A DNA stretch of 64,000 bases from the human T2T-CHM13v2.0 reference genome, Homo sapiens: NCBI RefSeq assembly GCF_009914755.1, contig NC_060942.1, one strand, 5' to 3'. Made by a program: the position numbers and the translations under genes. Each line of letters begins with the position of its first letter. Position 1 is the first letter of the stretch. Below the pieces are notes generated by a model that did not search any database, was not told where the DNA came from, and saw nothing but the letters and a program-made list of their open reading frames with translations. Positions 41,101 to 55,759 of the stretch are shown one piece after another.

Positions 41101-44100
41101 CTGGAACTGGACTTTTGGAGCGATTTCAGGGCTAAGGTGAAAAAGGAAATATCTTCCCATAAAAACTGGACAGAAGCATTCTCAGAAACTTGTTTATGCT
41201 GTATCTACTCAACTAACAAAGTTGAACCTTTCTTTTGATAGAGCAGTTTTGAAATGGTCTTTTTGTGGAATCTGCAAGTGGATATTTGGCTAGTTTTGAG
41301 GATTTCGTTGGAAGCGGGAATTCATACAAATTGCAGACTGCAGCGTTCTGAGAAACATCTTTGTGATGTTTGTATTCAGGACACAGAGTTGAACATTCCC
41401 TATCATAGAGCAGGTTGGAATCACTCCTTTTGTAGTATCTGGAAGTGGACATTTGGAGCGCTTTCAGGCCTATTTTGGAAAGGGAAATATCTTCCCGTAA
41501 CAACTATGCAGAAGCATTCTCAGAAACTTGTTTGTGATGTGTGCCCTCTACTGACAGAGTTGAACCTTTCTTTTCATAGAGCAGTTTTGAAACACTCTTT
41601 TTGTAGAATCTGCAAGAGGATATTTGCATAGCTTTGAGGATTTCGTGGGAAACGGGATTGTCTTCAGGTAAAATCTAGACAGAAGCATTCTCAGAAACTT
41701 CTTTGGGATGTTTGCATTCAAGTCACAGAGTAGAACATTCCCTTTGGTAGAGCAGGTTTGAAACACTCTTTTTGTAGTATCTGGAAGTGGACATTTGGAG
41801 CGCTTTCAGGCCCATGTTGGAAAGGGAAATATCTTCCCGTAACAACTAGGCAGAAGCATTCTCAGAAACTTATTTGAGATGTGTGTACTCAACTAAGAGA
41901 ATTGAACCACCGTTTTGAAGGAGCAGTTTTGAAACACTCTTTTTCTGGAATCTGCAAGAGTATATTTGCCTAGCCTTGAGGATTTCGTTGGAAACGGGAT
42001 TGTCTTCAGAGAAAATCTAGACAGAAGCATTCTCAGAAACTTCTTTGGGATGTTTGCATTCAAGTCACAGAGTAGAACATTCCCTTTGGTAGAGCAGGTT
42101 TGAAACACTCTTTTTTTAGTATATGGAAGTGGACATTTGGATCGCTTTCAGGCCTACGTTGGAAAAGGAAATATCTTCCCATAACAACTAGACAGAAGCA
42201 TTCTCAGAAACTAGTTTCTGATGTGTGTCCTCAACTAACACAGTTGAACATTTCTTTAGACAGAACAGTTTTGAAACACTCTTTTTGTGGAATCTGCAAG
42301 TGGCTATTTGGCTAGATTTGAGGATTTCGTTGGAAACGGGATTACATATAAAAAGCAGTCAGCAGCATTCTCAGAAAGTTCTTTGTGATGATTGCATTCA
42401 AGTCACAGAATTGAACATTCCCTTTCACAGAGCAGGTTTGAAACACTCTTTTTGTAGTGTGTGTAAGTGGACATTTGGAGCACTTACCGGCCTAAGGTGA
42501 AAAAGGAAATATCTTCCCATAAAAACTAGACAGAAGCATTCTCAGAAACTTACTCGTGATGTGTGTCCTCAACTAAAGGAGTAGAACCTTTCTTTTCATA
42601 GAGAAGTTTTGAAACGCTCTTTTTGTGGAATCTGCAAGTGGATATTTGGCTAGTTTTGAGGATTTCGTTGGAAGCGGGAATTCATACAAATTGCAGACTG
42701 CAGCGTTCTGAGAAACATCTTTGTGATGTTTGTATTCAGGACACAGAGTTGAACATTCCCTATCATAGAGCAGGTTTGAATCACTCCTTTTGTAGTATCT
42801 GGAAGTGGACATTTGGAGCGCTTTCAGGCCTATGTTGGAAAAGGAAATATCTTCCCATAACAACTAGACAGAAGCATTCTCAGAAACTTATTTGAGATGT
42901 GTGTACTCAACTAAGAGAATTGAACCACCGTTTTGAAGGAGCAGTTTTGAAACTCTCTTTTTCTGGAATCTGCAAGTGGATATTTGGCTAGCTTTGGGGA
43001 TTTCGCTGGAAGCGGGAATACATATAAAAAGCACACAGCAGCGTTCTGAGAAACTGCTTTCTGATGTTTGCATTCAAGTCAAAAGTTGAACACTCCCTTT
43101 CATAGAGCAGTCTTGAAACACCCCTTTTGTAGTATCTGGAACTGGACTTTTGGAGCGATTTCAGGGCTAAGGTGAAAAAGGAAATATCTTCCCATAAAAA
43201 CTGGACAGAAGCATTCTCAGAAACTTGGTTATGCTGTATCTACTCAACTAACAAAGTTGAACCTTTCTTTTGATAGAGCAGTTTTGAAATGGTCTTTTTG
43301 TGGAATCTGCAAGTGGATATTTGGCTAGTTTTGAGGATTTCGTTGGAAGCGGGAATTCATACAAATTGCAGACTGCAGCGTTCTGAGAAACATCTTTGTG
43401 ATGTTTGTATTCAGGACACAGAGTTGAACATTCCCTATCATAGAGCAGGTTGGAATCACTCCTTTTGTAGTATCTGGAAGTGGACATTTGGAGCGCTTTC
43501 AGGCCTATTTTGGAAAGGGAAATATCTTCCCGTAACAACTATGCAGAAGCATTCTCAGAAACTTGTTTGTGATGTGTGCCCTCTACTGACAGAGTTGAAC
43601 CTTTCTTTTCATAGAGCAGTTTTGAAACACTCTTTTTGTAGAATCTGCAAGAGGATATTTGCATAGCTTTGAGGATTTCGTGGGAAACGGGATTGTCTTC
43701 AGGTAAAATGTAGACAGAAGCATTCTCAGAAACTTCTTTGGGATGTTTGCATTCAAGTCACAGAGTAGAACATTCCCTTTGGTAGAGCAGGTTTGAAACA
43801 CTCTTTTTGTAGTATCTGGAAGTGGACATTTGGAGCGCTTTCAGGCCCATGTTGGAAAGGGAAATATCTTCCCGTAACAACTAGGCAGAAGCATTCTCAG
43901 AAACTTATTTGAGATGTGTGTACTCAACTAAGAGAATTGAACCACCGTTTTGAAGGAGCAGTTTTGAAACACTCTTTTTCTGGAATCTGCAAGAGTATAT
44001 TTGCCTAGCCTTGAGGATTTCGTTGGAAACGGGATTGTCTTCAGAGAAAATCTAGACAGAAGCATTCTCAGAAACTTCTTTGGGATGTTTGCATTCAAGT

Positions 44101-47100
44101 CACAGAGTAGAACATTCCCTTTGGTAGAGCAGGTTTGAAACACTCTTTTTTTAGTATATGGAAGTGGACATTTGGATCGCTTTCAGGCCTACGTTGGAAA
44201 AGGAAATATCTTCCCATAACAACTAGACAGAAGCATTCTCAGAAACTAGTTTCTGATGTGTGTCCTCAACTAACACAGTTGAACATTTCTTTAGACAGAA
44301 CAGTTTTGAAACACTCTTTTTGTGGAATCTGCAAGTGGCTATTTGGCTAGATTTGAGGATTTCGTTGGAAACGGGATTACATATAAAAAGCAGTCAGCAG
44401 CATTCTCAGAAAGTTCTTTGTGATGATTGCATTCAAGTCACAGAATTGAACATTCCCTTTCACAGAGCAGGTTTGAAACACTCTTTTTGTAGTGTGTGTA
44501 AGTGGACATTTGGAGCACTTACCGGCCTAAGGTGAAAAAGGAAATATCTTCCCATAAAAACTAGACAGAAGCATTCTCAGAAACTTACTCGTGATGTGTG
44601 TCCTCAACTAAAGGAGTAGAACCTTTCTTTTCATAGAGAAGTTTTGAAACGCTCTTTTTGTGGAATCTGCAAGTGGATATTTGGCTAGTTTTGAGGATTT
44701 CGTTGGAAGCGGGAATTCATACAAATTGCAGACTGCAGCGTTCTGAGAAACATCTTTGTGATGTTTGTATTCAGGACACAGAGTTGAACATTCCCTATCA
44801 TAGAGCAGGTTGGAATCACTCCTTTTGTAGTATCTGGAAGTGGACATTTGGAGCGCTTTCAGGCCTATGTTGGAAAAGGAAATATCTTCCCATAACAACT
44901 AGACAGAAGCATTCTCAGAAACTTATTTGAGATGTGTGTACTCAACTAAGAGAATTGAACCACCGTTTTGAAGGAGCAGTTTTGAAACTCTCTTTTTCTG
45001 GAATCTGCAAGTGGATATTTGGCTAGCTTTGGGGATTTCGCTGGAAGCGGGAATACATATAAAAAGCACACAGCAGCGTTCTGAGAAACTGCTTTCTGAT
45101 GTTTGCATTCAAGTCAAAAGTTGAACACTCCCTTTCATAGAGCAGTCTTGAAACACCCCTTTTGTAGTATCTGGAACTGGACTTTTGGAGCGATTTCAGG
45201 GCTAAGGTGAAAAAGGAAATATCTTCCCATAAAAACTGGACAGAAGCATTCTCAGAAACTTGGTTATGCTGTATCTACTCAACTAACAAAGTTGAACCTT
45301 TCTTTTGATAGAGCAGTTTTGAAATGGTCTTTTTGTGGAATCTGCAAGTGGATATTTGGCTAGTTTTGAGGATTTCGTTGGAAGCGGGAATTCATACAAA
45401 TTGCAGACTGCAGCGTTCTGAGAAACATCTTTGTGATGTTTGTATTCAGGACACAGAGTTGAACATTCCCTATCATAGAGCAGGTTGGAATCACTCCTTT
45501 TGTAGTATCTGGAAGTGGACATTTGGAGCGCTTTCAGGCCTATTTTGGAAAGGGAAATATCTTCCCGTAACAACTATGCAGAAGCATTCTCAGAAACTTG
45601 TTTGTGATGTGTGCCCTCTACTGACAGAGTTGAACCTTTCTTTTCATAGAGCAGTTTTGAAACACTCTTTTTGTAGAATCTGCAAGAGGATATTTGCATA
45701 GCTTTGAGGATTTCGTGGGAAACGGGATTGTCTTCAGGTAAAATCTAGACAGAAGCATTCTCAGAAACTTCTTTGGGATGTTTGCATTCAAGTCACAGAG
45801 TAGAACATTCCCTTTGGTAGAGCAGGTTTGAAACACTCTTTTTGTAGTATCTGGAAGTGGACATTTGGAGCGCTTTCAGGCCCATGTTGGAAAGGGAAAT
45901 ATCTTCCCGTAACAACTAGGCAGAAGCATTCTCAGAAACTTATTTGAGATGTGTGTACTCAACTAAGAGAATTGAACCACCGTTTTGAAGGAGCAGTTTT
46001 GAAACACTCTTTTTCTGGAATCTGCAAGAGTATATTTGCCTAGCCTTGAGGATTTCGTTGGAAACGGGATTGTCTTCAGAGAAAATCTAGACAGAAGCAT
46101 TCTCAGAAACTTCTTTGGGATGTTTGCATTCAAGTCACAGAGTAGAACATTCCCTTTGGTAGAGCAGGTTTGAAACACTCTTTTTTTAGTATATGGAAGT
46201 GGACATTTGGATCGCTTTCAGGCCTACGTTGGAAAAGGAAATATCTTCCCATAACAACTAGACAGAAGCATTCTCAGAAACTAGTTTCTGATGTGTGTCC
46301 TCAACTAACACAGTTGAACATTTCTTTAGACAGAACAGTTTTGAAACACTCTTTTTGTGGAATCTGCAAGTGGCTATTTGGCTAGATTTGAGGATTTCGT
46401 TGGAAACGGGATTACATATAAAAAGCAGTCAGCAGCATTCTCAGAAAGTTCTTTGTGATGATTGCATTCAAGTCACAGAATTGAACATTCCCTTTCACAG
46501 AGCAGGTTTGAAACACTCTTTTTGTAGTGTGTGTAAGTGGACATTTGGAGCACTTACCGGCCTAAGGTGAAAAAGGAAATATCTTCCCATAAAAACTAGA
46601 CAGAAGCATTCTCAGAAACTTACTCGTGATGTGTGTCCTCAACTAAAGGAGTAGAACCTTTCTTTTCATAGAGAAGTTTTGAAACGCTCTTTTTGTGGAA
46701 TCTGCAAGTGGATATTTGGCTAGTTTTGAGGATTTCGTTGGAAGCGGGAATTCATACAAATTGCAGACTGCAGCGTTCTGAGAAACATCTTTGTGATGTT
46801 TGTATTCAGGACACAGAGTTGAACATTCCCTATCATAGAGCAGGTTGGAATCACTCCTTTTGTAGTATCTGGAAGTGGACATTTGGAGCGCTTTCAGGCC
46901 TATGTTGGAAAAGGAAATATCTTCCCATAACAACTAGACAGAAGCATTCTCAGAAACTTATTTGAGATGTGTGTACTCAACTAAGAGAATTGAACCACCG
47001 TTTTGAAGGAGCAGTTTTGAAACTCTCTTTTTCTGGAATCTGCAAGTGGATATTTGGCTAGCTTTGGGGATTTCGCTGGAAGCGGGAATACATATAAAAA

Positions 47101-50100
47101 GCACACAGCAGCGTTCTGAGAAACTGCTTTCTGATGTTTGCATTCAAGTCAAAAGTTGAACACTCCCTTTCATAGAGCAGTCTTGAAACACCCCTTTTGT
47201 AGTATCTGGAACTGGACTTTTGGAGCGATTTCAGGGCTAAGGTGAAAAAGGAAATATCTTCCCATAAAAACTGGACAGAAGCATTCTCAGAAACTTGGTT
47301 ATGCTGTATCTACTCAACTAACAAAGTTGAACCTTTCTTTTGATAGAGCAGTTTTGAAATGGTCTTTTTGTGGAATCTGCAAGTGGATATTTGGCTAGTT
47401 TTGAGGATTTCGTTGGAAGCGGGAATTCATACAAATTGCAGACTGCAGCGTTCTGAGAAACATCTTTGTGATGTTTGTATTCAGGACACAGAGTTGAACA
47501 TTCCCTATCATAGAGCAGGTTGGAATCACTCCTTTTGTAGTATCTGGAAGTGGACATTTGGAGCGCTTTCAGGCCTATTTTGGAAAGGGAAATATCTTCC
47601 CGTAACAACTATGCAGAAGCATTCTCAGAAACTTGTTTGTGATGTGTGCCCTCTACTGACAGAGTTGAACCTTTCTTTTCATAGAGCAGTTTTGAAACAC
47701 TCTTTTTGTAGAATCTGCAAGAGGATATTTGCATAGCTTTGAGGATTTCGTGGGAAACGGGATTGTCTTCAGGTAAAATGTAGACAGAAGCATTCTCAGA
47801 AACTTCTTTGGGATGTTTGCATTCAAGTCACAGAGTAGAACATTCCCTTTGGTAGAGCAGGTTTGAAACACTCTTTTTGTAGTATCTGGAAGTGGACATT
47901 TGGAGCGCTTTCAGGCCCATGTTGGAAAGGGAAATATCTTCCCGTAACAACTAGGCAGAAGCATTCTCAGAAACTTATTTGAGATGTGTGTACTCAACTA
48001 AGAGAATTGAACCACCGTTTTGAAGGAGCAGTTTTGAAACACTCTTTTTCTGGAATCTGCAAGAGTATATTTGCCTAGCCTTGAGGATTTCGTTGGAAAC
48101 GGGATTGTCTTCAGAGAAAATCTAGACAGAAGCATTCTCAGAAACTTCTTTGGGATGTTTGCATTCAAGTCACAGAGTAGAACATTCCCTTTGGTAGAGC
48201 AGGTTTGAAACACTCTTTTTTTAGTATATGGAAGTGGACATTTGGATCGCTTTCAGGCCTACGTTGGAAAAGGAAATATCTTCCCATAACAACTAGACAG
48301 AAGCATTCTCAGAAACTAGTTTCTGATGTGTGTCCTCAACTAACACAGTTGAACATTTCTTTAGACAGAACAGTTTTGAAACACTCTTTTTGTGGAATCT
48401 GCAAGTGGCTATTTGGCTAGATTTGAGGATTTCGTTGGAAACGGGATTACATATAAAAAGCAGTCAGCAGCATTCTCAGAAAGTTCTTTGTGATGATTGC
48501 ATTCAAGTCACAGAATTGAACATTCCCTTTCACAGAGCAGGTTTGAAACACTCTTTTTGTAGTGTGTGTAAGTGGACATTTGGAGCACTTACCGGCCTAA
48601 GGTGAAAAAGGAAATATCTTCCCATAAAAACTAGACAGAAGCATTCTCAGAAACTTACTCGTGATGTGTGTCCTCAACTAAAGGAGTAGAACCTTTCTTT
48701 TCATAGAGAAGTTTTGAAACGCTCTTTTTGTGGAATCTGCAAGTGGATATTTGGCTAGTTTTGAGGATTTCGTTGGAAGCGGGAATTCATACAAATTGCA
48801 GACTGCAGCGTTCTGAGAAACATCTTTGTGATGTTTGTATTCAGGACACAGAGTTGAACATTCCCTATCATAGAGCAGGTTTGAATCACTCCTTTTGTAG
48901 TATCTGGAAGTGGACATTTGGAGCGCTTTCAGGCCTATGTTGGAAAAGGAAATATCTTCCCATAACAACTAGACAGAAGCATTCTCAGAAACTTATTTGA
49001 GATGTGTGTACTCAACTAAGAGAATTGAACCACCGTTTTGAAGGAGCAGTTTTGAAACTCTCTTTTTCTGGAATCTGCAAGTGGATATTTGGCTAGCTTT
49101 GGGGATTTCGCTGGAAGCGGGAATACATATAAAAAGCACACAGCAGCGTTCTGAGAAACTGCTTTCTGATGTTTGCATTCAAGTCAAAAGTTGAACACTC
49201 CCTTTCATAGAGCAGTCTTGAATCACCCCTTTTGTAGTATCTGGAACTGGACTTTTGGAGCGATTTCAGGGCTAAGGTGAAAAAGGAAATATCTTCCCAT
49301 AAAAACTGGACAGAAGCATTCTCAGAAACTTGTTTATGCTGTATCTACTCAACTAACAAAGTTGAACCTTTCTTTTGATAGAGCAGTTTTGAAATGGTCT
49401 TTTTGTGGAATCTGCAAGTGGATATTTGGCTAGTTTTGAGGATTTCGTTGGAAGCGGGAATTCATACAAATTGCAGACTGCAGCGTTCTGAGAAACATCT
49501 TTGTGATGTTTGTATTCAGGACACAGAGTTGAACATTCCCTATCATAGAGCAGGTTGGAATCACTCCTTTTGTAGTATCTGGAAGTGGACATTTGGAGCG
49601 CTTTCAGGCCTATTTTGGAAAGGGAAATATCTTCCCGTAACAACTATGCAGAAGCATTCTCAGAAACTTGTTTGTGATGTGTGCCCTCTACTGACAGAGT
49701 TGAACCTTTCTTTTCATAGAGCAGTTTTGAAACACTCTTTTTGTAGAATCTGCAAGAGGATATTTGCATAGCTTTGAGGATTTCGTGGGAAACGGGATTG
49801 TCTTCAGGTAAAATCTAGACAGAAGCATTCTCAGAAACTTCTTTGGGATGTTTGCATTCAAGTCACAGAGTAGAACATTCCCTTTGGTAGAGCAGGTTTG
49901 AAACACTCTTTTTGTAGTATCTGGAAGTGGACATTTGGAGCGCTTTCAGGCCCATGTTGGAAAGGGAAATATCTTCCCGTAACAACTAGGCAGAAGCATT
50001 CTCAGAAACTTATTTGAGATGTGTGTACTCAACTAAGAGAATTGAACCACCGTTTTGAAGGAGCAGTTTTGAAACACTCTTTTTCTGGAATCTGCAAGAG

Positions 50101-53100
50101 TATATTTGCCTAGCCTTGAGGATTTCGTTGGAAACGGGATTGTCTTCAGAGAAAATCTAGACAGAAGCATTCTCAGAAACTTCTTTGGGATGTTTGCATT
50201 CAAGTCACAGAGTAGAACATTCCCTTTGGTAGAGCAGGTTTGAAACACTCTTTTTGTAGTATCTGGAAGTGGACATTTGGAGCGCTTTCAGGCCTACGTT
50301 GGAAAAGGAAATATCTTCCCATAACAACTAGACAGAAGCATTCTCAGAAACTAGTTTCTGATGTGTGTCCTCAACTAACACAGTTGAACATTTCTTTAGA
50401 CAGAACAGTTTTGAAACACTCTTTTTGTGGAATCTGCAAGTGGCTATTTGGCTAGATTTGAGGATTTCGTTGGAAACGGGATTACATATAAAAAGCAGTC
50501 AGCAGCATTCTCAGAAAGTTCTTTGTGATGATTGCATTCAAGTCACAGAATTGAACATTCCCTTTCACAGAGCAGGTTTGAAACACTCTTTTTGTAGTGT
50601 GTGTAAGTGGACATTTGGAGCACTTACCGGCCTAAGGTGAAAAAGGAAATATCTTCCCATAAAAACTAGACAGAAGCATTCTCAGAAACTTACTCGTGAT
50701 GTGTGTCCTCAACTAAAGGAGTAGAACCTTTCTTTTCATAGAGAAGTTTTGAAACGCTCTTTTTGTGGAATCTGCAAGTGGATATTTGGCTAGTTTTGAG
50801 GATTTCGTTGGAAGCGGGAATTCATACAAATTGCAGACTGCAGCGTTCTGAGAAACATCTTTGTGATGTTTGTATTCAGGACACAGAGTTGAACATTCCC
50901 TATCATAGAGCAGGTTGGAATCACTCCTTTTGTAGTATCTGGAAGTGGACATTTGGAGCGCTTTCAGGCCTATGTTGGAAAAGGAAATATCTTCCCATAA
51001 CAACTAGACAGAAGCATTCTCAGAAACTTATTTGAGATGTGTGTACTCAACTAAGAGAATTGAACCACCGTTTTGAAGGAGCTGTTTTGAAACACTCTTT
51101 TTCTGGAATCTGCAAGTGGATATTTGGCTAGCTTTGGGGATTTCGCTGGAAGCGGGAATACATATAAAAAGCACACAGCAGCGTTCTGAGAAACTGCTTT
51201 CTGATGTTTGCATTCAAGTCAAAAGTTGAACACTCCCTTTCATAGAGCAGTCTTGAAACACCCCTTTTGTAGTATCTGGAACTGGACTTTTGGAGCGATT
51301 TCAGGGCTAAGGTGAAAAAGGAAATATCTTCCCATAAAAACTGGACAGAAGCATTCTCAGAAACTTGGTTATGCTGTATCTACTCAACTAACAAAGTTGA
51401 ACCTTTCTTTTGATAGAGCAGTTTTGAAATGGTCTTTTTGTGGAATCTGCAAGTGGATATTTGGCTAGTTTTGAGGATTTCGTTGGAAGCGGGAATTCAT
51501 ACAAATTGCAGACTGCAGCGTTCTGAGAAACATCTTTGTGATGTTTGTATTCAGGACACAGAGTTGAACATTCCCTATCATAGAGCAGGTTGGAATCACT
51601 CCTTTTGTAGTATCTGGAAGTGGACATTTGGAGCGCTTTCAGGCCTATTTTGGAAAGGGAAATATCTTCCCGTAACAACTATGCAGAAGCATTCTCAGAA
51701 ACTTGTTTGTGATGTGTGCCCTCTACTGACAGAGTTGAACCTTTCTTTTCATAGAGCAGTTTTGAAACACTCTTTTTGTAGAATCTGCAAGAGGATATTT
51801 GCATAGCTTTGAGGATTTCGTGGGAAACGGGATTGTCTTCAGGTAAAATGTAGACAGAAGCATTCTCAGAAACTTCTTTGGGATGTTTGCATTCAAGTCA
51901 CAGAGTAGAACATTCCCTTTGGTAGAGCAGGTTTGAAACACTCTTTTTGTAGTATCTGGAAGTGGACATTTGGAGCGCTTTCAGGCCCATGTTGGAAAGG
52001 GAAATATCTTCCCGTAACAACTAGGCAGAAGCATTCTCAGAAACTTATTTGAGATGTGTGTACTCAACTAAGAGAATTGAACCACCGTTTTGAAGGAGCA
52101 GTTTTGAAACACTCTTTTTCTGGAATCTGCAAGAGTATATTTGCCTAGCCTTGAGGATTTCGTTGGAAACGGGATTGTCTTCAGAGAAAATCTAGACAGA
52201 AGCATTCTCAGAAACTTCTTTGGGATGTTTGCATTCAAGTCACAGAGTAGAACATTCCCTTTGGTAGAGCAGGTTTGAAACACTCTTTTTTTAGTATATG
52301 GAAGTGGACATTTGGATCGCTTTCAGGCCTACGTTGGAAAAGGAAATATCTTCCCATAACAACTAGACAGAAGCATTCTCAGAAACTAGTTTCTGATGTG
52401 TGTCCTCAACTAACACAGTTGAACATTTCTTTAGACAGAACAGTTTTGAAACACTCTTTTTGTGGAATCTGCAAGTGGCTATTTGGCTAGATTTGAGGAT
52501 TTCGTTGGAAACGGGATTACATATAAAAAGCAGTCAGCAGCATTCTCAGAAAGTTCTTTGTGATGATTGCATTCAAGTCACAGAATTGAACATTCCCTTT
52601 CACAGAGCAGGTTTGAAACACTCTTTTTGTAGTGTGTGTAAGTGGACATTTGGAGCACTTACCGGCCTAAGGTGAAAAAGGAAATATCTTCCCATAAAAA
52701 CTAGACAGAAGCATTCTCAGAAACTTACTCGTGATGTGTGTCCTCAACTAAAGGAGTAGAACCTTTCTTTTCATAGAGAAGTTTTGAAACGCTCTTTTTG
52801 TGGAATCTGCAAGTGGATATTTGGCTAGTTTTGAGGATTTCGTTGGAAGCGGGAATTCATACAAATTGCAGACTGCAGCGTTCTGAGAAACATCTTTGTG
52901 ATGTTTGTATTCAGGACACAGAGTTGAACATTCCCTATCATAGAGCAGGTTTGAATCACTCCTTTTGTAGTATCTGGAAGTGGACATTTGGAGCGCTTTC
53001 AGGCCTATGTTGGAAAAGGAAATATCTTCCCATAACAACTAGACAGAAGCATTCTCAGAAACTTATTTGAGATGTGTGTACTCAACTAAGAGAATTGAAC

Positions 53101-55759
53101 CACCGTTTTGAAGGAGCAGTTTTGAAACTCTCTTTTTCTGGAATCTGCAAGTGGATATTTGGCTAGCTTTGGGGATTTCGCTGGAAGCGGGAATACATAT
53201 AAAAAGCACACAGCAGCGTTCTGAGAAACTGCTTTCTGATGTTTGCATTCAAGTCAAAAGTTGAACACTCCCTTTCATAGAGCAGTCTTGAAACACCCCT
53301 TTTGTAGTATCTGGAACTGGACTTTTGGAGCGATTTCAGGGCTAAGGTGAAAAAGGAAATATCTTCCCATAAAAACTGGACAGAAGCATTCTCAGAAACT
53401 TGTTTATGCTGTATCTACTCAACTAACAAAGTTGAACCTTTCTTTTGATAGAGCAGTTTTGAAATGGTCTTTTTGTGGAATCTGCAAGTGGATATTTGGC
53501 TAGTTTTGAGGATTTCGTTGGAAGCGGGAATTCATACAAATTGCAGACTGCAGCGTTCTGAGAAACATCTTTGTGATGTTTGTATTCAGGACACAGAGTT
53601 GAACATTCCCTATCATAGAGCAGGTTGGAATCACTCCTTTTGTAGTATCTGGAAGTGGACATTTGGAGCGCTTTCAGGCCTATTTTGGAAAGGGAAATAT
53701 CTTCCCGTAACAACTATGCAGAAGCATTCTCAGAAACTTGTTTGTGATGTGTGCCCTCTACTGACAGAGTTGAACCTTTCTTTTCATAGAGCAGTTTTGA
53801 AACACTCTTTTTGTAGAATCTGCAAGAGGATATTTGCATAGCTTTGAGGATTTCGTGGGAAACGGGATTGTCTTCAGGTAAAATCTAGACAGAAGCATTC
53901 TCAGAAACTTCTTTGGGATGTTTGCATTCAAGTCACAGAGTAGAACATTCCCTTTGGTAGAGCAGGTTTGAAACACTCTTTTTGTAGTATCTGGAAGTGG
54001 ACATTTGGAGCGCTTTCAGGCCCATGTTGGAAAGGGAAATATCTTCCCGTAACAACTAGGCAGAAGCATTCTCAGAAACTTATTTGAGATGTGTGTACTC
54101 AACTAAGAGAATTGAACCACCGTTTTGAAGGAGCAGTTTTGAAACACTCTTTTTCTGGAATCTGCAAGAGTATATTTGCCTAGCCTTGAGGATTTCGTTG
54201 GAAACGGGATTGTCTTCAGAGAAAATCTAGACAGAAGCATTCTCAGAAACTTCTTTGGGATGTTTGCATTCAAGTCACAGAGTAGAACATTCCCTTTGGT
54301 AGAGCAGGTTTGAAACACTCTTTTTGTAGTATCTGGAAGTGGACATTTGGAGCGCTTTCAGGCCTACGTTGGAAAAGGAAATATCTTCCCATAACAACTA
54401 GACAGAAGCATTCTCAGAAACTAGTTTCTGATGTGTGTCCTCAACTAACACAGTTGAACATTTCTTTAGACAGAACAGTTTTGAAACACTCTTTTTGTGG
54501 AATCTGCAAGTGGCTATTTGGCTAGATTTGAGGATTTCGTTGGAAACGGGATTACATATAAAAAGCAGTCAGCAGCATTCTCAGAAAGTTCTTTGTGATG
54601 ATTGCATTCAAGTCACAGAATTGAACATTCCCTTTCACAGAGCAGGTTTGAAACACTCTTTTTGTAGTGTGTGTAAGTGGACATTTGGAGCACTTACCGG
54701 CCTAAGGTGAAAAAGGAAATATCTTCCCATAAAAACTAGACAGAAGCATTCTCAGAAACTTACTCGTGATGTGTGTCCTCAACTAAAGGAGTAGAACCTT
54801 TCTTTTCATAGAGAAGTTTTGAAACGCTCTTTTTGTGGAATCTGCAAGTGGATATTTGGCTAGTTTTGAGGATTTCGTTGGAAGCGGGAATTCATACAAA
54901 TTGCAGACTGCAGCGTTCTGAGAAACATCTTTGTGATGTTTGTATTCAGGACACAGAGTTGAACATTCCCTATCATAGAGCAGGTTGGAATCACTCCTTT
55001 TGTAGTATCTGGAAGTGGACATTTGGAGCGCTTTCAGGCCTATGTTGGAAAAGGAAATATCTTCCCATAACAACTAGACAGAAGCATTCTCAGAAACTTA
55101 TTTGAGATGTGTGTACTCAACTAAGAGAATTGAACCACCGTTTTGAAGGAGCTGTTTTGAAACACTCTTTTTCTGGAATCTGCAAGTGGATATTTGGCTA
55201 GCTTTGGGGATTTCGCTGGAAGCGGGAATACATATAAAAAGCACACAGCAGCGTTCTGAGAAACTGCTTTCTGATGTTTGCATTCAAGTCAAAAGTTGAA
55301 CACTCCCTTTCATAGAGCAGTCTTGAAACACCCCTTTTGTAGTATCTGGAACTGGACTTTTGGAGCGATTTCAGGGCTAAGGTGAAAAAGGAAATATCTT
55401 CCCATAAAAACTGGACAGAAGCATTCTCAGAAACTTGGTTATGCTGTATCTACTCAACTAACAAAGTTGAACCTTTCTTTTGATAGAGCAGTTTTGAAAT
55501 GGTCTTTTTGTGGAATCTGCAAGTGGATATTTGGCTAGTTTTGAGGATTTCGTTGGAAGCGGGAATTCATACAAATTGCAGACTGCAGCGTTCTGAGAAA
55601 CATCTTTGTGATGTTTGTATTCAGGACACAGAGTTGAACATTCCCTATCATAGAGCAGGTTGGAATCACTCCTTTTGTAGTATCTGGAAGTGGACATTTG
55701 GAGCGCTTTCAGGCCTATTTTGGAAAGGGAAATATCTTCCCGTAACAACTATGCAGAAG
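23200..55759 (+). repeat. Sixteen canonical 12-mer HORs (H12-H27)
   Basis: Exact 2035 bp spacing from 23200 to 55760 (16 x 2035 = 32560). Confidence 0.95.
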
